From NCBI GenBank assembly GCA_947505025.1, contig CANNIJ010000001.1, positions 1-59,635 of the forward strand: a DNA stretch of 59,635 nt, given 5' to 3'. The notes under the pieces were generated by a model. The model saw nothing but the letters and a program-made list of their open reading frames with translations, had not been told where the DNA came from and searched no databases. This stretch comes from Legionellaceae bacterium. Its GTDB lineage: Bacteria; Pseudomonadota; Gammaproteobacteria; Legionellales; Legionellaceae. The position numbers were made by a program, and so were the translations under genes. Shown piece after piece: positions 9,847-18,572 of this stretch (position 1 is the stretch's first letter; the number at the start of each line of letters is the position of its first letter).

Positions 9847-12324
9847 ATGGAACCCTGCTATAAGCATCAAGAAGTTGAGAACCAAGCGCAGCGTTATTGG
9901 GAAAAAAAGCAATCTTTCGCTGTTTCCGAAGACTTAAATAAAGAAAAGTTCTATTGTCTATCAATGTTTCCTTATCCTAGTGGCTCACTACACATGGGTC
10001 ATGTGCGTAATTATACCCTAGGAGATGCAATAGCACGTTATCATCGTGCTTTAGGTAAAAATGTTTTACAGCCCATAGGATGGGATGCTTTTGGTCTTCC
10101 TGCTGAGAATGCTGCCATAAAGCACGGTATTCCGCCTGCTGAATGGACTCGACAAAACATTGCTGCCATGAAAAAACAATTTTTACGCTTGGGCAATGCC
10201 TTTGATTGGCGACGTGAACTCACTACATGCGAACCTGATTACTATAAGTGGGAACAATGGTTTTTCATTAAACTATACGAAAAAGGACTGGTTTATAAAA
10301 AAAATTCAGTCGTGAATTGGGATCCGGTCGATAACACCGTACTGGCCAATGAGCAAGTCGTCGGTGGACGTGGCTGGCGATCAGGTGCTTTAATAGAACA
10401 TAAAGAAATAGCGCAATGGTTCATTCGCATCACTGCTTATGCTGACGAACTTTTAGATGGCCTGGAAACACTAACCGAGTGGCCCGCGCAAGTAAAAAAT
10501 ATGCAGCGTAATTGGATTGGCAGATCGTCTGGCACTAATATTTATTGGCAGGTTGAATCAATACCAAAACGTTTAAAAATCTATACTACACGCGCCGATA
10601 CTCTGATGGGTGCAACTTACTTGGCTATATCACCCGATCATCCAATCAGCAAAGATGTTGCAAAAAATAATCCTGAAGTACAAGCTTTTATTGATAGCTG
10701 TCAAGGTACTGGTACAGCCGAAGCGCTGATAGCCACCCAGGATAAACGTGGATTAGATTTGGGCTTGCGGGCTAAGCATCCAATTACTGGTGAATTAATC
10801 CCAGTTTGGGTGGCTAATTTTGTTTTGATGCAATACGGTGCCGGAGCTGTGATGGGCGTGCCGGCGCATGATCTGCGTGATTTTGAATTTGCAAAAACGT
10901 ACAATTTACCCGTAATTCAGGTGATCAAGCCTGCAGATCTACAGATCATTGATCTGGATATAGCCCCTTTTACAGGCAACGGGATCTTAATAAATTCATC
11001 TGCATTTGATGGTCTGGAATCTGAACTTGCGCAGAAACGTATAACTGAATATCTAGAAGAAAATGATACAGGTAAAGCTACAGTCAACTATCGCCTGCGT
11101 GACTGGGGTGTATCCAGGCAGCGCTATTGGGGCACGCCAATCCCGATGATCTTATGTGAACAATGCGGTACTGTGCCGGTGCCAGAAACAGAACTTCCAG
11201 TAATTTTACCAGAGAATATAACCCTGACCGGACACGGATCACCTCTGGCTAATTGTAGTGAATTCGTGAATGTATCCTGCCCGCGTTGCGGTCAAGATGC
11301 TCACCGTGAAACTGATACTCTGGATACTTTTGTTGAATCATCTTGGTACTATGCGCGTTTTGCCTGTAAAGGACAAACTAAAGCAATGCTGGATGATCGT
11401 GCTAAATATTGGACGCCAGTAGATCAATATGTAGGTGGTATCGAGCATGCAGTTATGCATCTGCTGTATGCGCGATTTTTTCATAAATTAATGCGTGATG
11501 AAGGCTTGGTTAACTCTGATGAGCCATTTAAAGCCTTGCTAAGCCAGGGTATGGTCTTGCGTGACGGGCACAAAATGTCCAAATCAGCCGGCAATACCGT
11601 GGATCCAAATCATTTAATTGACTTATACGGCGCAGACACGGCCAGGTTATTTGTTTTATTTGCCGCTCCACCAGAACAATCTTTTGAATGGTCGGATACT
11701 GCAGTTGAAGGTGCGCATAGGTTTTTAAAACGATTATGGACGTTTACGCACGCTAATTATGCCATGCTACGTGATATCAATGAGCGTTTAATTGATGGTG
11801 GTAGCAACGTACTTTGGCAGGATGTAGAGCCAAGACTGAAAAAAGCCAGGCTGAACGTACATACTTGCTTGTTGCATATTGCGCAAGATTACGACCGACA
11901 GCAAATGAATACCGTAGTATCTGGATGCATGAAGCTGTTTAATGAATTAAATTCATACTCAATCCAAACTGATGCAGATGAATTTTTCATACATGAAGGC
12001 CTGAGTATACTACTCAGATTATTAGCGCCAATCACACCGCATCTGTGTCATGTATTGTGGAAAAATTTAGGGTTTGAGAAAGCTATCATTGATGCCCCAT
12101 GGCCTAAGTTTGATAAAAGTGCTATCAAAAAAGATATGGCTGATTTTGTTGTGCAACTAAACGGCAAGCTACGTGCACAATTTACTGCTAGTGTTGATAC
12201 TTTAAATGATGATCTAATCAATCTAGCCCACCAAGAATTGGGAGATCTACTTAAAGATCATGTGATACTGAAAAACATAGTAGTAAGCCACCGACACCTG
12301 ATCAATGTAGTTATAAGTACATGA
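9847..12324 (+). CDS. leuS: Leucine--tRNA ligase
   Basis: An 825-aa product with the class I signatures HMGHVRNY and KMSKS. Confidence 0.97.
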   Translation: MEPCYKHQEVENQAQRYWEKKQSFAVSEDLNKEKFYCLSMFPYPSGSLHMGHVRNYTLGDAIARYHRALGKNVLQPIGWDAFGLPAENAAIKHGIPPAEWTRQNIAAMKKQFLRLGNAFDWRRELTTCEPDYYKWEQWFFIKLYEKGLVYKKNSVVNWDPVDNTVLANEQVVGGRGWRSGALIEHKEIAQWFIRITAYADELLDGLETLTEWPAQVKNMQRNWIGRSSGTNIYWQVESIPKRLKIYTTRADTLMGATYLAISPDHPISKDVAKNNPEVQAFIDSCQGTGTAEALIATQDKRGLDLGLRAKHPITGELIPVWVANFVLMQYGAGAVMGVPAHDLRDFEFAKTYNLPVIQVIKPADLQIIDLDIAPFTGNGILINSSAFDGLESELAQKRITEYLEENDTGKATVNYRLRDWGVSRQRYWGTPIPMILCEQCGTVPVPETELPVILPENITLTGHGSPLANCSEFVNVSCPRCGQDAHRETDTLDTFVESSWYYARFACKGQTKAMLDDRAKYWTPVDQYVGGIEHAVMHLLYARFFHKLMRDEGLVNSDEPFKALLSQGMVLRDGHKMSKSAGNTVDPNHLIDLYGADTARLFVLFAAPPEQSFEWSDTAVEGAHRFLKRLWTFTHANYAMLRDINERLIDGGSNVLWQDVEPRLKKARLNVHTCLLHIAQDYDRQQMNTVVSGCMKLFNELNSYSIQTDADEFFIHEGLSILLRLLAPITPHLCHVLWKNLGFEKAIIDAPWPKFDKSAIKKDMADFVVQLNGKLRAQFTASVDTLNDDLINLAHQELGDLLKDHVILKNIVVSHRHLINVVIST

Positions 12325-12827
12325 TCGATAAGTTAATTCGATTACGTTGGCAGACACTGATTATAATAACATTCTGTTGTGCGGGTTGTGGCTTTCACCT
12401 GCGCGGTGATCTGGAATTACCGGCAAAACTAGATCATATCGCAATAATCGTACATGCCGCTCATCGAGAAATAGCACCTTTAATTCGCGAGCAATTACGT
12501 GCTTATCATCGTGATGTAGTTGAAGATCCGGCTGCAGCTAAATATTGGCTAATTATTGAGGCTGACTCTTTAACTCAAAACATTACCGGGATCAGCTCAA
12601 GTACCACGCCACGTCAATATGAACTTATCTATACGGTGGAATTTAAATTACAAAGCGTGCATGCATCGGACAGCACAGGATCACAAAAAATCTTTGTCAG
12701 CCGAGCATTCACCGCAAATAGTGACCGCATTTTAGGATCTAATGACGAGCAAGCACATCTGACTCAAGAGATGAGGCAAAATGCAGCTATTATGATACTG
12801 GATCGTTTAGGAACGATTGCTAAATGA
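12321..12827 (+). CDS. lptE: LPS-assembly lipoprotein LptE
   Basis: It overlaps the leuS stop. A lipobox-like CAGCGFHLRG is present. The position in leuS-lptE-holA is conserved. Confidence 0.85.
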   Translation: MIDKLIRLRWQTLIIITFCCAGCGFHLRGDLELPAKLDHIAIIVHAAHREIAPLIREQLRAYHRDVVEDPAAAKYWLIIEADSLTQNITGISSSTTPRQYELIYTVEFKLQSVHASDSTGSQKIFVSRAFTANSDRILGSNDEQAHLTQEMRQNAAIMILDRLGTIAK

Positions 12828-13834
12828 TTCTTAAACCAACCTCTTTGTCTGTGCATTTAAAAGATCATTGCCTGGCAATCTATTTATTAACTGGCCCAGA
12901 ACAGCTCTTATCTGATCAAGCTGCCATTGAAATTAAACAGGCTTGCCGAAAGTTAGGTTCAATTGACGAAATTAAAATTGACTTGAGCTGCGCAAGTGAT
13001 TGGCCTAAATTAACCCAATCAGCAAGTAATTATTCGATTTTTTCAGAGAAAGTGTTGGTTGATGCGCGTTACGATAAAAAAACATTAGATGCCGGTGCGT
13101 TAAAGCAATTAATCAATTATGCAAATCAAAGAAACACACGCAGTATCATTATTTTACGTGCACCCAATCTAGCACCAAAAGCATTATCAACTTTATCTGA
13201 AAATGCTCAAATAGCTCATCTGCACTTTGGATCTTTAACTGCAAATGCATTAACTCAATGGATTCAAAATGAACTGAAAAAAAATGGTATATTTTATCAA
13301 TCTAACGTACCAGCATTTATTCATCAATACAGTCAACATAATCTACAAGCATGTGCGCAAATTATAGAAAAACTATCCATGACACATGATCTAACAATCC
13401 AATTAACTTGCGATCAAGTTATGCCTCATATAATCGATCAATCAGAATTTTCTATGTATGAACTTGCAGATACTTGTCTTGGTGGAGATCTGTCTCGAGC
13501 ACTACATATCTTGCAGCGTTTACGTGAAGACCGAGTACAACCAACCTTGATATTATGGGTTCTGACCCAGGAAATTCGTCAACTATTTGAGTTAAAACAC
13601 AAGTTAATCAATACCACTATGCATCTTGCTTGTCGTCAACAAAAAATTTGGCCTCAACGCGTAGCTTTATACGAGCAATCTCTGGCTAGATTATCTGAAA
13701 AAAATATCCACACCCTGTTGCAAGACGCTCAACATCTTGATGAGCAAATAAAATCCAACCTAAATCAACATATATGGCATGCATTAGAGCAATGGATTAT
13801 GTGTTGGACCTCAAGTGATCAGCGACAATTATAA
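12824..13834 (+). CDS. holA: DNA polymerase III delta subunit
   Basis: A 336-aa product that overlaps the lptE stop. Synteny and general HolA-like features (IYLLTGPEQLL) support the call. Confidence 0.85.
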   Translation: MILKPTSLSVHLKDHCLAIYLLTGPEQLLSDQAAIEIKQACRKLGSIDEIKIDLSCASDWPKLTQSASNYSIFSEKVLVDARYDKKTLDAGALKQLINYANQRNTRSIIILRAPNLAPKALSTLSENAQIAHLHFGSLTANALTQWIQNELKKNGIFYQSNVPAFIHQYSQHNLQACAQIIEKLSMTHDLTIQLTCDQVMPHIIDQSEFSMYELADTCLGGDLSRALHILQRLREDRVQPTLILWVLTQEIRQLFELKHKLINTTMHLACRQQKIWPQRVALYEQSLARLSEKNIHTLLQDAQHLDEQIKSNLNQHIWHALEQWIMCWTSSDQRQL

Positions 13835-14002
13835 TTCCTGATCCGATTGGATCTTTATCAGTTCACCAGATAAAGATTGGCCCAGCAGACCCTCGGATGC
13901 CAGCTCTTCAATATCACGATAGCTTAATGCGCCGGCTACGTACCAGAGAACCAGCATTAAAAGCATCTCTTTTTTAAAATGGTGCTGTTTAAAACTGATC
14001 AT
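13829..14002 (-). pseudogene. IS6-family transposase N-terminal fragment
   Basis: MISFKQHHFKKEMLLMLVLWYVAGALSYRDIEELASEG aligns with IS26 Tnp MNPFKGRHFQRDIILWAVRWYCKYGISYRELQEMLAERG. Similarity is lost after about 45 aa and the frame ends at the holA stop. Confidence 0.6.
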
Positions 14003-14068
14003 TGGATACCACTGCAGTGGTATCCATAATCTAATTATAGACATGTGCCTGACTTTTGCGACAGAACC
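13835..14068 (-). mobile_element. Truncated IS6-family insertion sequence (left end only)
   Basis: Read on the minus strand from 14068, the sequence is GGTTCTGTCGCAAAAGT. This matches the IS6-family terminal IR (GGTTCTGTTGCAAAGT as in IS257/IS1216, from memory). A transposase N-terminus starts 66 nt inside the IR. No second IR copy was found in the window. Confidence 0.65.
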
Positions 14069-14113
14069 GACTGCATTGCTGTGATCTTGTTACCTGGCTA
14101 AAGTTGGGTGACA

Positions 14114-15538
14114 TTATTCCGTCATATTTAATTCTTGACGTAAAAAATGCAGATCAACGGGATATTCCGAGAATCCAGATTTATTTTTTTGGTGAAAATC
14201 TACAAATAGCGCCTCTAGCAGCTCGCGGCCTAGTGTTGTTTTAGCTGCTTCTCGTGGCGTTACATTATTTAAAGCCGGGATGTCTGAATCAAGCCATGAT
14301 ACCCAATTTTGATGAGATAGCTGTTTTAACATAGCTTGAAGTTCAGGTGAATCATCACATGGGCTTGGCAAGTCTTCATGGGGCTCTGCCAGCATTTCTG
14401 CAATGGATTTTTGTTCGGTCTGGAGGTAGGTTGCTTCTTTCTTATTTAAACGAGAATTAATTTCCAGCAGAACACTCTGTGCGCGTTCTGCCGAGTTAAC
14501 TTCAACGGTAAGTGAACTTTCTTTAATGACAATATGCCCGTAAACAGTGTTATTCCAGTCTTTATGAACGCCATTGCCCATTTTGCACCAAGGAAATGAA
14601 ATTTCAACTAATTGGTGATTCGAATCATAAATGCCATCCTCAAATAGCTCTGATTTATCTATGCCCGCAGCCAGCTCCGCCAGTGCATCAAATGCCCGTT
14701 GTGGCTTGCACGCCAGTGAGTAGTGGACTTTATTCATAGAGAGGTCTTCGCCATCCGTATTCTGTACTTTAGGGTAGGGTTGATTCAGTAGATGTTTAAT
14801 GTTATCCATAAAGCAGGTGCGAATTTCCAAATCTAACTCGAACAGCATCTCCTCGGTGAAAAATTTATTCTGGCCGTAATGTTGTTTAAATTCTACAACG
14901 TTTAAAAGGCACTGTGATGGCAATGGTTGCGGGTATATCCCACAGGCAATACTATCCTTATTGAGTGTGACAATACGTGCCATGATGATATAGCCTTTTT
15001 CTAAAGACTCGCTTCCACGCTTTTCATGAATGGTTATTTGATGTCCGCGTAATACGTCTTTTAGCGTAATGCTTTGTTGTCGGACAACATGGGTGACTTC
15101 ATAAAGGCTGTAATGGGATGCTAAATTCGCATGAATAAATGATTTTCTGTAGCTGTCTAACCTGGATGGGTATTGAGTTAAATAATGTTCAGCGGCAATC
15201 ACTTCAGGTAAATCAGCAATGAGTTCTTCCGCGGTGTCAGGGCGCCAGTTATAGAGAAACCACGGCATGAACGCCTGCTCGAAAACCATTTGATTATCGG
15301 CTATCTCAGGAGTGTCCTCTGAAAAACCATGAAATTCTTCCCACGCCGCCTCTATGCCTTGCTTACCGAACAGGCGCAATGCATAGGCCATTAATGGATC
15401 GACTAGATTGCTGTCCGTGCTGCGCATTTTTTGCCAGGCGAAGCTCAGCATTGTTGATTCAGTCGCGTTATTCAAACAGCATTTTTTATATTTTATTCCG
15501 CTGCCACAGGAGCAGGGGTCGTTTCGGTTAAGTTTCAT
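14114..15538 (-). CDS. SEC-C motif domain protein, function unknown
   Basis: The N-terminal DPCSCGSGIKYKKCC is a SecA-C-terminus-type zinc motif. The 474-aa ORF has no competing frame. Confidence 0.8.
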   Translation of the reverse strand: MKLNRNDPCSCGSGIKYKKCCLNNATESTMLSFAWQKMRSTDSNLVDPLMAYALRLFGKQGIEAAWEEFHGFSEDTPEIADNQMVFEQAFMPWFLYNWRPDTAEELIADLPEVIAAEHYLTQYPSRLDSYRKSFIHANLASHYSLYEVTHVVRQQSITLKDVLRGHQITIHEKRGSESLEKGYIIMARIVTLNKDSIACGIYPQPLPSQCLLNVVEFKQHYGQNKFFTEEMLFELDLEIRTCFMDNIKHLLNQPYPKVQNTDGEDLSMNKVHYSLACKPQRAFDALAELAAGIDKSELFEDGIYDSNHQLVEISFPWCKMGNGVHKDWNNTVYGHIVIKESSLTVEVNSAERAQSVLLEINSRLNKKEATYLQTEQKSIAEMLAEPHEDLPSPCDDSPELQAMLKQLSHQNWVSWLDSDIPALNNVTPREAAKTTLGRELLEALFVDFHQKNKSGFSEYPVDLHFLRQELNMTE

Positions 15539-15665
15539 TTAATTCACCTTGAGATGACAATGGGTTTATTATATCAAATACGCGTGTGTGAAGCTGGGGC
15601 GTGTTGACAATTGCTCCCCACCGCCAGCGTGCAGCTGCGGGTCTGCGGCATCCAGACGATCTTAA

Positions 15666-15923
15666 TCAACAACAAATATCTTCATACAGATCACGCCACT
15701 CTGCATTTAGCTCCTCAATTAACTTTAACTGGCATTGTCTGCACCAATTTTTGAAACGCGGCTCACGTCGAGCTGCTTCCATATAAGTTTCATGAACCTC
15801 ATAATAGTTCCCAAAAAACGACCCATAAAGTCTAGCTAATTTTGGTAAGTCGAAAATTGCACACGGAGTATGGCAGCCATGGGCTTCACTAAATTGTCGT
15901 GGTACTTTTGTGTCGTTTGTAAG
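15666..15923 (-). pseudogene. ATG-less 85-codon open frame (possible gene remnant)
   Basis: My hand translation of the minus strand gives TNDTKVPRQFSEAHGCHTPCAIFDLPKLARLYGSFFGNYYEVHETYMEAARREPRFKNWCRQCQLKLIEELNAEWRDLYEDICC. The only in-frame Met is internal. A short ATG-started frame (15937 downward) sits in a different frame upstream. Confidence 0.2.
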
Positions 15924-16118
15924 TTAGCACCCAACATGCATTTAAATATCGATCGATAGAATTAAATCTACTAAACACGGCTGTCGCATTAAAATTTAAA
16001 CAAATACAATCATAGTCAGTAAATTTTTAATACTTGGGTTTTTATCTGCACATGAGTGGGTGTCATAATAGCATGAGATTATGATAAACTGATAGGATAA
16101 TCTATTTAGAATATTTCT

Positions 16119-16700
16119 ATGCCGCATTTAATTATTATTGCTGGCCCTAATGGTGCTGGTAAATCAACATCAGCACCCGCTTTACTGAAAGACGCCTTAC
16201 ACGTTGATAATTTCGTTAATGCAGACGTTATAGCTCAAGGACTTTGTGCGTACCAACCAGAGAACGCAGCTATTCAAGCTGGACGTATCATGTTGGCACG
16301 CATTCACACACTAGCTGACAATGGTGCTAACTTTGCTTTTGAAACAACATTAGCCAGTAGAAGCTTTGCAACGTGGATTCCTAAGCTAAAAAAACAAGGA
16401 TATCAATTCCATTTAGTTTTTTTGTGGTTACAAAGTGCTGAACTAGCTGTAGTTAGGGTTAAGGAACGCGTCAAAACAGGTGGTCATTCTGTCCCTGAAG
16501 ATACAATAAAAAGACGTTATTCAGCTGGGCTAAGAAATTTTTTCAATTTATATTGCCCTTTGGCTGACTCATGGCAACTTTATGATAATTCAAACGCTAA
16601 TGCTCTATCCATGATCGCCTCGGAATTTAACAACCATTTAACCGTTCATGATAAAGCTTTATGGGAGAAACTTTCGGAGAATTACAATGAAAAAAGTTAA
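16119..16700 (+). CDS. Zeta-toxin-like P-loop kinase/ATPase
   Basis: It has Walker A IIIAGPNGAGKST at the extreme N-terminus. The ~190-aa size and the architecture are typical of the zeta toxin / COG4185-type family. Confidence 0.75.
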   Translation: MPHLIIIAGPNGAGKSTSAPALLKDALHVDNFVNADVIAQGLCAYQPENAAIQAGRIMLARIHTLADNGANFAFETTLASRSFATWIPKLKKQGYQFHLVFLWLQSAELAVVRVKERVKTGGHSVPEDTIKRRYSAGLRNFFNLYCPLADSWQLYDNSNANALSMIASEFNNHLTVHDKALWEKLSENYNEKS

Positions 16701-16884
16701 ACATTCAGCCGATGATCACATCACTAAAATATTCAGTGATCCTATCAAAGTAACTCAAATTATTCAAAAAGGGATAAACGACGCTCTATTAAAACATAAA
16801 CAAGCAGGAAACCCTATCTGCGAATGGCGTGATAACAAGGTTGTCTGGATTCCTCCAGAAAAAATTGTTATCAACAATACGTGA
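16687..16884 (+). CDS. Small protein translationally coupled to the zeta-like kinase (candidate antitoxin/partner)
   Basis: The ATG at 16687 is preceded by SD ggaga (16676-16680) and overlaps the kinase 3' end by 14 nt. The 65-aa product ends ...NPICEWRDNKVVWIPPEKI. Confidence 0.55.
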   Translation: MKKVKHSADDHITKIFSDPIKVTQIIQKGINDALLKHKQAGNPICEWRDNKVVWIPPEKIVINNT

Positions 16885-17042
16885 TATAATCACTATTTCA
16901 CACCATACTCAATCAAGTGATAGAAATGCACAAACAAATTGCTCATATTAATAGCCTTTCACATAGGACGGCGAACATACACGATTGACGATCGATTATT
17001 ACATTACTTTTAGAAGATGAGTTAGGCCAAACACGAGAGCAC

Positions 17043-17486
17043 TTGAACACAACGATCGATCAAAATTACATCGATGCATTTCATCGAATTGATGCTGATC
17101 CCAACCAATACTTAATGATAGTAAGCTCTGGAAAAGACATTGTTGGCAAGTGCCATCTAACCATTATGCCTTCGCTAACATTTACAGGCTCGACCCGAAT
17201 GCAAATTGAAGCCGTACGCGTATCAGCCAAACACCGAGGACAGAAAATTGGCGAATGGATGATGCATGCTGCTATGGATTATGCAAAATCGAAAGGTGCC
17301 GCCATCCTTCAATTAACGACTAATATCAAGCGACCAAGAGCCAAAGAATTTTATGAACGATTAGGATTTGAGACAACTCACGCTGGAATGAAGTATTACT
17401 TTCATGAGGCAATACGGATCGGGAATTATAGTTGTCGCCAGTCATCAAGCTTTAGTTTTTCCACAAGTGGTCGAGATATAAACTAA
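17043..17486 (+). CDS. GNAT family N-acetyltransferase (5' end apparently disrupted)
   Basis: QIEAVRVSAKHRGQKIGEWMM...ILQLTTN..RPRAKEFYERLGF is the acetyl-CoA-binding core. The only start is a TTG. In-frame GNAT-like sequence continues upstream to a TGA at 16986-16988 (see finding). Confidence 0.7.
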   Translation: MNTTIDQNYIDAFHRIDADPNQYLMIVSSGKDIVGKCHLTIMPSLTFTGSTRMQIEAVRVSAKHRGQKIGEWMMHAAMDYAKSKGAAILQLTTNIKRPRAKEFYERLGFETTHAGMKYYFHEAIRIGNYSCRQSSSFSFSTSGRDIN

Positions 17487-17510
17487 GGATTACACTGCTC
17501 GGAGCGTAGA

Positions 17511-18224
17511 ATGAGGCGGTTCATCGGGTGCATACTGCTTTTATTTTCAATGAACAATTCAACTTGGTGTGCACCAAGCTTTGGTTCAACATTGTGTAAT
17601 ACCCGTGATTATCGATGTCTACATGTACAAAAAAACGAAACATGGGAAGATTTGTTTCCAGATCCACGATCCAGAGACATCGTACGCCGAGTAAATCGTA
17701 TGAACCTTAGGCTAAAAAGTGGAATGATTTTAGCCGTTCCACGAAATGTAGAGCAATTATCTATATACGACGTATCACCATTTCCTCGTTATATTCAGCC
17801 ATTTAATGAGAAAACTATCTTAATTAATCAAAAACAGTTGGCCTTTGGTGCCTATGATCAGCAAGGTGAATTAATGTGGTGGGGACCAATTTCATCGGGT
17901 ATTCGTCAATGTTCTAGTCCTGATGGTACATGCCTAACGCCAACCGGATCATTTAGAATCATTCGAAAACAAGATGAAGAATGCATTTCAACCGTTTTCC
18001 CGCAGCGTGCTAACGGTGATAATGGTGGAGCGCTAATGCCATATTGCATGCATTTCTTCCGTGGGTTTGCTCTGCACGGCAGTGACTCAGTTCCAGGATA
18101 CCGCGCTAGTCATGGTTGTGTACGTATGTTTGTTGAGGATGCAAGATGGTTAAATGAGGAATTTATCACTCTCCCCGGCGGAGACAGCCAAGGAACTCGT
18201 GTGATCATTGACTCAGCCAGTTGA
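17511..18224 (+). CDS. L,D-transpeptidase (LysM-like + YkuD domain)
   Basis: It has a signal peptide and the catalytic motif YRASHGCVRM. A LysM-like segment (ETWEDLF...LKSGMILAVP) lies upstream of the YkuD domain. Confidence 0.85.
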   Translation: MRRFIGCILLLFSMNNSTWCAPSFGSTLCNTRDYRCLHVQKNETWEDLFPDPRSRDIVRRVNRMNLRLKSGMILAVPRNVEQLSIYDVSPFPRYIQPFNEKTILINQKQLAFGAYDQQGELMWWGPISSGIRQCSSPDGTCLTPTGSFRIIRKQDEECISTVFPQRANGDNGGALMPYCMHFFRGFALHGSDSVPGYRASHGCVRMFVEDARWLNEEFITLPGGDSQGTRVIIDSAS

Positions 18225-18238
18225 CGGTGAACCATCAA

Positions 18239-18571
18239 CTAGCATTTTTTAACGAAATTAGATTTTAAGTGTATAGATCCAGCACCATCAATCTTACAAG
18301 TAATATCATGATCACCAGAAACTAATTTAATATTTTTAATCTTGGTCCCAACTTTTATAACTAATGAACAGCCTTTTACGTGTAAATCTTTAATTACCGT
18401 GATCGTGTCGCCGTCATGTAAAACATTGCCGTTCGCGTCCTGCACAATATGATTGGGCTCAGTTAACAACTCTTGCAGCCATTCATGCGCGCATTCAGGA
18501 CAAACAAAACTATCCTTGTCGGCATATGTATATTCTGAACTACATTCAGGACATTTGGGTATTTTGTGCAT
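18239..18571 (-). CDS. yjdM: PhnA/YjdM zinc-ribbon protein
   Basis: MHKIPKCPECSSEYTY...FVCPECAHEW is a zinc ribbon. The C-terminal PhnA domain follows (DANGNVLHDGDTITVIKDL.VKG). The internal ATG at 18571 removes the overlap with the upstream gene. Confidence 0.85.
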   Translation of the reverse strand: MHKIPKCPECSSEYTYADKDSFVCPECAHEWLQELLTEPNHIVQDANGNVLHDGDTITVIKDLHVKGCSLVIKVGTKIKNIKLVSGDHDITCKIDGAGSIHLKSNFVKKC

Positions 18572-18572
18572 T

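Noticed and set aside
15601-15786. A 61-aa plus-strand ORF.
   Set aside because: It has a GTG start without an RBS and an Arg/Ser/Ala-rich composition. It is antisense to the more protein-like minus-strand frame.
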